Of a DNA stretch of 64,000 bases, positions 37,043-44,866 are shown piece by piece (the stretch's first letter is position 1; each line of letters starts with the position of its first letter). The DNA is taken from positions 40,772 to 104,771 of IMG/VR virus record IMGVR_UViG_3300024058_000001; one strand, given 5' to 3'. Below the pieces are notes generated by a model. It searched no databases. It was not told the origin of the DNA and worked only from the letters and a program-made list of their open reading frames with translations. The stretch is from a virus. Lineage: Duplodnaviria; Caudoviricetes. Position numbers and translations under genes: made by a program.

Positions 37043-39343
37043 TTAAATTATTCGTGTTTTAGTTCTAGCAGCAAGATTTCTAACCCTTCCCAAATCTCGA
37101 TATGTTTTGGATCTTGTAGCTGCCTGTGCTCTGCCAATTTGTTTAATTCTTCCTAATTGTTGAACCTGCTGTCCCATCATTTGCCCAATTTGTTTTCTTT
37201 CTCTAACTATTCTATTGTATTGTGCATTAAGTGAAGGCTTCTTTATTTTTTGTCCTATTGAACGTATTTTACGTCCTACTGCACGTGCTGCACTGCCTAT
37301 ACCTTTTTCTGTATCTTCTGTAATACCATTCCAACCGCATCGTTTTCTTAAATTCTTTAATTCCTTTTTAATATTTTGTAATTCCATTACCTTTTTTCTT
37401 TTCTTACGTCCGTATGCTGACTTCATCCTATATCCCATCATTCTAGCTCCTGCAGTTCCTACCTTTATACCCAAATTTCTTCTACGAGCACCTTTTGGCA
37501 ATTTTCCTGCTGCGATACGAGACAAAGCTCCACCAGGACGTTTTAGTTCCGCTTTAGCACCAGCGTCAAGACCTATATTTATTAATTTATTACCTACACG
37601 TCTAACAACAGATCCCACTTTAGATCGTAAACCTTTTTCTGTATCACCATTTTTCAAATTATCTAGTTTCTTTTTAACATCTGTAATAGATACTACCTTA
37701 TAACTTTTCTTAGGTTTACCAAACGCGCCTAAACTATGTGCAAGATAACTACCTTCTGCAACAGGAAGGGCCACTCTTGCTACTCGTCCCACACGTGTTC
37801 TTCCAAATTTAGCTCCTGCACGTTGGGCTGATAATCCTGCTCTACTTCTTACTCCGCGTGTTCCTTTCCATCCTGCTTTTGTTCCTGAAATTAACTTAGG
37901 AGCTAACTTTCTGCCTATTGCTAACGCTCCACGTCCTGCAGCTACCAAAGCAGCTCCATATTTTTCTACATCCTCTGTATCATCCATATCTTTTTCTATA
38001 TCTGCCATTTGGTCAACTTTATCAAAAAGCTCCATAATATCATTTAGTTCTTCAGGAACTAAATACTTTATCAGTTCCTGTTGTTCTACTGGAGATGCAA
38101 ATTCCAACATGTCAATGATCTCAGCAATACTAAAATCTTTAGATAAATCCTTTGTTTGTGCACTTTTTTCTCTAAATACTCTGCCTAACAATCCTGATCC
38201 AGGTGTGTGAGCAACTGTTGTTACAGGTTTTGATGCACCAATGGCATCTCTTATTTTGCCAGTTCTAAAATCTTTAATTCCTCCACCTAAAGTTTGAGTT
38301 GTATATACTCTGTTTACTGGAATTTTTCCTACGTAAGTCTTTATTTTACCTCCAAGTTGCCTTAGCCTCTTTATACCAGCACGTCTAGTCGCTGGATGTG
38401 CTAACGCAGCAATAGCACCAAGACCTGCAGCAGCACCCGCAATACGGCCAGCTTTACCACGTTTAGAACCTTGCTCTGCTTTATTAATAATTTCCATATG
38501 ACCTTTAGGATCGTCACACCATATTTTTTGTAATGAACCATCTGAACTTACCTTAGTAACAGAAACACCTTTCATTGCAGGTAAACCAAATGTTGGCTCA
38601 ACTGGTTGTCCTGGTTGTCTTAATGGCCCAGGCACTTGCGCTTCTTCTGGTTCTACAGGTGCTTCAGGTACTTCAGGAACACCACCAGGTTCAACACTAG
38701 TATCTACTTGTCCTTTACAATGTGGACAAACTACTTGTAAGGGTTTTGCTTCTTCTGGAGTTTCCGCAGATTCCTCAACATCTTCTTGAGGTTCCTCTTC
38801 TGGAAGTTCTTCTTCTCCTTCAGATCCACCAAATTCTCCTGTTTCTAAATCTTCAGGAACTTCCTCTGCAGATTCGTCTTGAGGCTCTTCAATTACTTCC
38901 CCATTTTCATCAACAACATCTTCTTCTTTTTCTTCCTCTTCGGGCAAACGCTCTTGTGGGTCATTAGCGTTAGTTGTAGCTATTTGTTCACCAGGTTGTT
39001 CAGCTTGTCCTTGCATTTCTTGATCTGTCTGAGGATTTATATTATCTTCTACAGGTTTATCTAATACCTGTTCAGCCGTAGATTCTACCACTTCTTTTTC
39101 TTTAGGTGGTAACGCATTTTCTAATTCTTCTAACTCTTCTGGAGACATATTAGCCAATATGCCCTTTTTAATTTCATTATCAAACTCTTGTTTGCCAACA
39201 TCGATTCTACCCTTGCTCGTAAATACATGAACGATTTTCTTTTGGGTTTCAGTTGTAACTTCACCCTTTTTAATAGCGTCCAAGTCAGCTTGGGTAAAGT
39301 CAAATCGTTGACCCTTTACCACGATTGTATACACTTTACTCAT
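37043..39343 (-). CDS. Putative virion polyprotein with acidic spacers and four cationic amphipathic units
   Basis: Glu/Pro-rich region, then units starting after IINK, DVEK, DTEK and DTEK. Confidence 0.7.
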   Translation of the reverse strand: MSKVYTIVVKGQRFDFTQADLDAIKKGEVTTETQKKIVHVFTSKGRIDVGKQEFDNEIKKGILANMSPEELEELENALPPKEKEVVESTAEQVLDKPVEDNINPQTDQEMQGQAEQPGEQIATTNANDPQERLPEEEEKEEDVVDENGEVIEEPQDESAEEVPEDLETGEFGGSEGEEELPEEEPQEDVEESAETPEEAKPLQVVCPHCKGQVDTSVEPGGVPEVPEAPVEPEEAQVPGPLRQPGQPVEPTFGLPAMKGVSVTKVSSDGSLQKIWCDDPKGHMEIINKAEQGSKRGKAGRIAGAAAGLGAIAALAHPATRRAGIKRLRQLGGKIKTYVGKIPVNRVYTTQTLGGGIKDFRTGKIRDAIGASKPVTTVAHTPGSGLLGRVFREKSAQTKDLSKDFSIAEIIDMLEFASPVEQQELIKYLVPEELNDIMELFDKVDQMADIEKDMDDTEDVEKYGAALVAAGRGALAIGRKLAPKLISGTKAGWKGTRGVRSRAGLSAQRAGAKFGRTRVGRVARVALPVAEGSYLAHSLGAFGKPKKSYKVVSITDVKKKLDNLKNGDTEKGLRSKVGSVVRRVGNKLINIGLDAGAKAELKRPGGALSRIAAGKLPKGARRRNLGIKVGTAGARMMGYRMKSAYGRKKRKKVMELQNIKKELKNLRKRCGWNGITEDTEKGIGSAARAVGRKIRSIGQKIKKPSLNAQYNRIVRERKQIGQMMGQQVQQLGRIKQIGRAQAATRSKTYRDLGRVRNLAARTKTRII

Positions 39344-39483
39344 TTTAGTTCTCCTTTAGATTTTTCTTCAATTTTTGGACAAATTCGATGTTGCCAACCA
39401 ATTGTTTGACCATCTTTTATTATTGGTAAAATATTTTCATCATTAATATCAAAAGTGTCTTTACACTTCAGACATACAATCAT
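39340..39483 (-). CDS. Small Cys/His protein (47 aa, not in the ORF track)
   Basis: MIVCLKC...HRICPK; ATGA overlaps at both ends. Confidence 0.55.
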   Translation of the reverse strand: MIVCLKCKDTFDINDENILPIIKDGQTIGWQHRICPKIEEKSKGELK

Positions 39484-39683
39484 TTTTTAATTCGCCTCTT
39501 AGCCAGCATATGCCCATGCAATCTGTTTGATATATCATTGCTTATAGGAATTATTTCATAGCCTTTATCTTCTAATTCAAAAATTAATTCAGCAGTGAAA
39601 CATTGGAATTCATCACCGTTAACTATATCTCTAAAAAGCTTAACTATTTTAGCTTTTTCGTTAATTTCCAGACGTATTTTCAT
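39480..39683 (-). CDS. Hypothetical protein
   Basis: Coupled 67-aa ORF. Confidence 0.5.
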   Translation of the reverse strand: MKIRLEINEKAKIVKLFRDIVNGDEFQCFTAELIFELEDKGYEIIPISNDISNRLHGHMLAKRRIKK

Positions 39684-40047
39684 TTTTCTTAATTACTCTT
39701 TTCTTATTTGTATAAGGATTAACTAAACCTTTTTCTATCATTATATCATTAACAGATTTTTTGCTGTTATCTAAATATAAAAATGCAATATAACGGTCAT
39801 GATATTTTCCTGGCTTCAAAGATTTCAACATGATTTCTTTATTTAGTATTGTTTCTTCTAAATATTTTTTTGCAGCTAAAGCCTTTTCTAAATTCTTTTT
39901 ATCTTTTAATTCGTATGAATCAATACCTGCAAATCGAATTTTAATAGTACGAACAATCCTAAATCCTAAATCTACGGCTACTACAACTGTATCTCCATCA
40001 ACAATTCTAGTGACCATCGCGTTATATTTAAACATTTTTTCCTCCAT
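39661..40047 (-). CDS. Thermonuclease (SNase-like)
   Basis: RIVDGDT, IRFAGIDSYE and KYHDRYIA motifs. Confidence 0.88.
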   Translation of the reverse strand: MEEKMFKYNAMVTRIVDGDTVVVAVDLGFRIVRTIKIRFAGIDSYELKDKKNLEKALAAKKYLEETILNKEIMLKSLKPGKYHDRYIAFLYLDNSKKSVNDIMIEKGLVNPYTNKKRVIKKNENTSGN

Positions 40048-41350
40048 TAGCTAGTTTTACAGCAGCAGGAATATCTATAATTCCTCTTCCTTGTTCACGA
40101 TCAGCATATCCTATACCTTTAGCTGTTGCCCTTAAAAACATTTTTACCTTTTCGCCTCTATTCCTAGACTTCGGTAATTTTGCAGCTTCTATTAATAAGG
40201 CAGCAGCACCTGCAACATGAGGAGTTGCCATAGAAGTTCCAGACATTTTTTGAAACATTGTATTATTACTGTCCACAACAGTACATTTATCTACTTTTTG
40301 ATCTGCTGTTTTAACAGATGTAATACCATCTCCATAAGGACATCCATGTTCCGCTTTAATACCACCACCAGGAGCTACAACATCAGGCTTACTTAAATTT
40401 CGGTTCCTATCTATAACAGGGCCACGTGAACTATACGTTGGTATCCTGTTTATTTGATCAACCGAACCTACTGTTATAACTTTTTCTGCCACACCTGGAG
40501 ATGATATTGTGTCGGGTCTTGGCCCTTCATTACCTGCAGCAACAACTACAACAATTCCTTCTTCTGCTAATCTGTTGGCTTCCCGTGACATGGCATCATT
40601 TGCATGACCACCGCCACCAAGACTCATGGAAATAACATCTGCGCCCTGACTAGCTGCCCAAGACATACCTCTAATTATTCTATCTGTTGTATTGCGTCCT
40701 GATGCAGCAAGAACTTTTGCATCAATTAACGCAACTTTTGGAGCTACACCTTTATAGGTAGAATCATTACTTGCGACTATACCCGCGCAATGCGTACCAT
40801 GCCCAACTTCGTCTAATTTCCTTGGATATAATTTGTTTTTAATTTGATTAAATAATGGAAAATAACTTTTACCTGTAAAATCTTGCCTTGCTACTACTTT
40901 TCCTTTTAAACTTGGATGATTATCATTTATACCAGTATCTATGATAGCTACTTTTACGCCTTCACCTTCGTATCCAGCACCATGAAGATTAAAAGCACCG
41001 CATTGATTCACAGCTTTGTTCATCATAGTGTGTACTTCGACTACTTGTTCTATTTCTACATTTAAAGAATTGCTAATTCGTAGAATTTGTTTTTCTGATA
41101 AATAAGTAGGGAATTCAACAACTATGGCATTAATACGTTTATGAACTTGAAGTATCTTCCCGCCTAATTCTTTTAATTGTTTAAAATCGAAACCAATCTT
41201 TTTAAGATATCGATAAACAAGAAATAATAGAACAAACCCCAATATAGGATGATCTGCAAAAACAGTTTTTGCTATTTTACCTACTTTTAGATAAAAAAAA
41301 TATCTATTTGTAAGTAACTTTTTATCGAGGGGTTGTTGATATAAACTCAT
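40028..41350 (-). CDS. Subtilisin-like S8 serine protease with an N-terminal TM segment and propeptide
   Basis: Complete catalytic set: AIIDTG, HGTHCAG, AAGNEG, GTSMATPHVAG. Confidence 0.93.
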   Translation of the reverse strand: MSLYQQPLDKKLLTNRYFFYLKVGKIAKTVFADHPILGFVLLFLVYRYLKKIGFDFKQLKELGGKILQVHKRINAIVVEFPTYLSEKQILRISNSLNVEIEQVVEVHTMMNKAVNQCGAFNLHGAGYEGEGVKVAIIDTGINDNHPSLKGKVVARQDFTGKSYFPLFNQIKNKLYPRKLDEVGHGTHCAGIVASNDSTYKGVAPKVALIDAKVLAASGRNTTDRIIRGMSWAASQGADVISMSLGGGGHANDAMSREANRLAEEGIVVVVAAGNEGPRPDTISSPGVAEKVITVGSVDQINRIPTYSSRGPVIDRNRNLSKPDVVAPGGGIKAEHGCPYGDGITSVKTADQKVDKCTVVDSNNTMFQKMSGTSMATPHVAGAAALLIEAAKLPKSRNRGEKVKMFLRATAKGIGYADREQGRGIIDIPAAVKLANGGKNV

Positions 41351-41426
41351 TTATTTGTCCTCATTTTAGACAAAACAGTCTCCTCCCGCACATGAATATA
41401 TTGTGCGCGGTCAAATGCTTTATCTT

Positions 41427-42200
41427 TTATATTTTTTTTAAACGTTCAACAGAAGCTTTTAGAGACTTGATACTTTTCTTTTTAACAGGAGGAGAAACGT
41501 ATTCATCCTCTGTTTTTTTTGCTTTTCCAGCTTTTTCTACTGGTCTAAGCACTTGCAAATTTGAAACTAGTTCGTGATTAAACGTGCCATTTGCCCATTT
41601 AACCATAGCAGCTTGATTACCATCCACAGCAGAATACACTTTCAATACCTGACCAACTAGTTTATTTCCACTGCGTAAAATCTTAATGACTACATCATGT
41701 ACGCGAATAGAATCACTATAGTTATGTTGACCTTGTATCTGATCAGAAAGTCGATCTTCTTCATAATAAGGTTTGTATGCCTTATTATCTGTATCAGCAT
41801 ATTCTTCTTTAAGATAATCACCCTTAATGGTTCCAGAATTATCTTCCGTAGGAACCTTTTCTTCTTTATTATCGGTTGTATGACGATTATCTTTGCGTGT
41901 AGGATCACCAGTACCTTGACTTTTATCACCCGTTGCTACCACACGTTCTGGTACATCAGACATTCTGCTATATCCACCACGAAACTGATCATTTTTAAAA
42001 GCGGGTGTATTCTTAAGATCAACCCCTTTTCTAATTTCTTCAGCCGTAGTGGCTTCAAACTTCATTCCACCATATTTCATTTCAGCAAGCTTATCATACA
42101 TTTCATCAACGAAAGTTTCTTCTACTTTAGTCAAAGGAATGCACTTACTACGTTTTTCAAGTATCGTATCTAACTTCTGTTTTAGCTCTTTATTGTCCAT
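41427..42200 (-). CDS. Hypothetical modular protein with a C-terminal SH3-like domain
   Basis: Low-complexity middle; ILEK, IRK and VEK sites; VGQVLKV...VKWANG. Confidence 0.55.
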   Translation of the reverse strand: MDNKELKQKLDTILEKRSKCIPLTKVEETFVDEMYDKLAEMKYGGMKFEATTAEEIRKGVDLKNTPAFKNDQFRGGYSRMSDVPERVVATGDKSQGTGDPTRKDNRHTTDNKEEKVPTEDNSGTIKGDYLKEEYADTDNKAYKPYYEEDRLSDQIQGQHNYSDSIRVHDVVIKILRSGNKLVGQVLKVYSAVDGNQAAMVKWANGTFNHELVSNLQVLRPVEKAGKAKKTEDEYVSPPVKKKSIKSLKASVERLKKI

Positions 42201-42411
42201 TTTCTATATCCTCATTCTTATTTGTACTAGCGTTTTCTCTAGTACTTTCATCCAATTTTACTATATCACGATATAAATCCCAAGTGTAGTCGCATATTGC
42301 GTCTACTTGTTCGGGTGTAATATTTTTAGTATGAATCCTTGAAGTTGCTTCGCAAACATCACGCCATTGTTCTGGAGCTTTTTCTGGTAAATTATTAAGA
42401 TCAATTCTCAT
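42190..42411 (-). CDS. Hypothetical protein
   Basis: Coupled 73-aa ORF. Confidence 0.5.
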   Translation of the reverse strand: MRIDLNNLPEKAPEQWRDVCEATSRIHTKNITPEQVDAICDYTWDLYRDIVKLDESTRENASTNKNEDIENGQ

Positions 42412-44267
42412 TATTTGCGCCTCAAACTTCTAAGAGTTTTAATACCTTTAAGTTTTCGTCCCATTTTAAACAATGCTATGGAAATAGGACGTTCAATTGG
42501 TTTTAAAAATTTTAATTTTGGTAATTTAGTAATTCCTCTTAATACTCTAGACGCACTAAATAAACCAACACCTAAAATTTCATTAGGTTTAATACCCAAT
42601 GCTGCTAAAGTAAAAGCACTTCCTATTACTCCTATAGCAGCATCAGAACCAAGATCGCCAAATATGCCTACTGTAGAACTAACAACTTTTGCAGTATTTC
42701 CTGCCGTACCTCTTACTATTCCTTTACCAATATTAGTCAACTTTCTTTCGGCTCTATTAACAGAATTATTAGCCTGTGCATTAACCGATGCATCTGATAA
42801 TCTAGATATGCGTTGTTCACGCCGTTGGCTTTGTCTCTGCTGTCGTCGTGTAGCAGGTTCAGGAGCTTTAGGAATTGTATCTTGTTTTTTACCTCCGCGC
42901 CCTGCCCAACCTCGACGTGCAGCTTCTGCATGTCTAACGGCATCTCCAATCCAACCTTTTTCTACAGTTAATTTATCTAGTTTATCATAAATAATCTCAA
43001 AACTTTTTTTATGTTTAAAATATTGAATTTGACGTTCTCTGTTTTCTGCTGCACCTCTAGTAGCAAATTTTTCTTTGCGTCCATCAGAGAAATGTAATGC
43101 ATATCCACTATCTTCTCTACGTATTACTTTGTCTACTCTAAGAAGTTGTTGTTCAGAATCGGATGCTTTTCTGGAAGGGTCAATAGAAGACAAAAGATGT
43201 TGTGCTTCTTCTAAGATAGGAGTAACTAATTCGTCTGTATCTCTCTCCGTAATGATTCCCTGAATCTGACCTCTTGTTTGTAATTCTTCTAAATTATGAA
43301 TAAGTTCTACTAATTCTTGTACTACTTGTCCAAGCCGTATTTTTTCTGTAGAAGCTTCGTTGCCAGGAAGTCCATCAGGAGGATTACTGTGCATATTGGG
43401 ATAATCTGTAAGATTTTGACCACTATACTCTTTCCTTACTTTTTCTTTACCTTTTTCTCTAGGATTTACTGCAGACGCTGCTGCATCTTTTTTAGTTTCT
43501 TGTTCCTGATCTCCCTTGACTGACGGAATAACATCTAAAATATTATTTAATTCTTTCTTTTCTTTGTCATTCAATGAATCAGATAATTTTTTCTTTTCTT
43601 TTTCAGATAGTTGGCCCAATTCTCTTAAAACATTTGCAACATAATTGCCATCATCTTCAGGAGTACTAATTTGTTTCAAAAATTTTTGTGGGGGTTCTGG
43701 CTGTCTACCCTTAGGTTTAGCCCGCCTTAACCTAGAAAGTAATATACCACTAGCAGCAATTCCAACCGCCCATTTCATTCGTGGGCTTTTAACAGCATGT
43801 ACGACTCGCTGACCAGCACGACCAACACTTTCTGCAGCCTTAATTCCTCTTTGAACAACTTTCGCGCCTGCTTTTACACCTCTAATTCCCGCTGCAACTG
43901 TACGAATAACAGGCTTTGCAATTTGTATAGCTGTCGCTGCACCTAATGATAAAAGCGCAGTTCGACCTACCCAAGCTGTTCCTCGCGCTCCTCTTGCAGC
44001 TTCTGCATGTCTAGCATTATCTCCAAACCAACCACGTTCTTTTTGTACTTTTAATGATTTACTTTGACTTAAAGAATATTGAATACTTGTATTTGCAACA
44101 TTACGAGTGCCTCTAGGTTTTTTGTTAGAACTTGTCACTTGTTTGTTTTCTCTTGTATCCACAAGAATCTTATTAATTTCATCTCGCGTTACAATCTTCA
44201 CGCTCTTAGTATACTTTTTACTAAGTGCGATATCTAATTGTTTATTTCTTTCATCATCAATAAGCAT
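42411..44267 (-). CDS. Putative virion polyprotein with two GWxGDxxRHAEAAR-initiated cationic units
   Basis: VQK|ERGWFGDNARHAEAARG and VEK|GWIGDAVRHAEAARRGW; internal RERQIQYFKH module. Confidence 0.65.
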   Translation of the reverse strand: MLIDDERNKQLDIALSKKYTKSVKIVTRDEINKILVDTRENKQVTSSNKKPRGTRNVANTSIQYSLSQSKSLKVQKERGWFGDNARHAEAARGARGTAWVGRTALLSLGAATAIQIAKPVIRTVAAGIRGVKAGAKVVQRGIKAAESVGRAGQRVVHAVKSPRMKWAVGIAASGILLSRLRRAKPKGRQPEPPQKFLKQISTPEDDGNYVANVLRELGQLSEKEKKKLSDSLNDKEKKELNNILDVIPSVKGDQEQETKKDAAASAVNPREKGKEKVRKEYSGQNLTDYPNMHSNPPDGLPGNEASTEKIRLGQVVQELVELIHNLEELQTRGQIQGIITERDTDELVTPILEEAQHLLSSIDPSRKASDSEQQLLRVDKVIRREDSGYALHFSDGRKEKFATRGAAENRERQIQYFKHKKSFEIIYDKLDKLTVEKGWIGDAVRHAEAARRGWAGRGGKKQDTIPKAPEPATRRQQRQSQRREQRISRLSDASVNAQANNSVNRAERKLTNIGKGIVRGTAGNTAKVVSSTVGIFGDLGSDAAIGVIGSAFTLAALGIKPNEILGVGLFSASRVLRGITKLPKLKFLKPIERPISIALFKMGRKLKGIKTLRSLRRK

Positions 44268-44377
44268 TTAATAACCCATCCTATAATCATAAAATAATAT
44301 CCACATATAATCAGTGCTAAATTTTTTGAAGATATGCAGCATAGTAAATCCTAAAATTATTCCTAATATAAATTTTC

Positions 44378-44680
44378 TTATGTCCAATACGATCCACCAG
44401 TGGAACTCCCTGGATAAATACTACCACCGCTACCATGTGAAGTGTTTCCTGTAATGCGTAAAGGTTGTTTTTCTTTATCTTTTAATCCACTTAATTGCGG
44501 TGGATAGGGATGTTTGGTTCTATTATCAAAAACACGTCCTCTAATATCCGCAGGATTTTTATACGGCGGAGAATAAACATCTCGTTCTACAAACATATCA
44601 TATTCCGACATATGAGTTTTTTGTCGATTAATTTTAACCATCAAATCTCGTAATTGTTCTATTTTTAAAAGTCCAGGCAT
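44378..44680 (-). CDS. Hypothetical protein with a QLRDL leader
   Basis: IEQLRDLMVKINRQK is similar to the N-termini of ORFs 36076 and 35127. Confidence 0.55.
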   Translation of the reverse strand: MPGLLKIEQLRDLMVKINRQKTHMSEYDMFVERDVYSPPYKNPADIRGRVFDNRTKHPYPPQLSGLKDKEKQPLRITGNTSHGSGGSIYPGSSTGGSYWT

Positions 44681-44853
44681 TATTCTGTATCCAGTTTATT
44701 TTTTATTCTAACAGTATTATGTTTATGTCTACGCCGTTCAATTGTTGCTTTACAAATTTCGCAATGTTCCACAATAGCTTCGTAACCTTGGCTGGTTATG
44801 CGGATAGTAGTATTAGATGAACATGTAATTTCGTCACAAAAATCACAATACAT
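44680..44853 (-). CDS. Small Zn-ribbon protein (57 aa, not in the ORF track)
   Basis: MYCDFC...HCEIC; GGAG SD; TAATG coupling to the next gene. Confidence 0.6.
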   Translation of the reverse strand: MYCDFCDEITCSSNTTIRITSQGYEAIVEHCEICKATIERRRHKHNTVRIKNKLDTE

Positions 44854-44866
44854 TGTAGCTCCTTTG

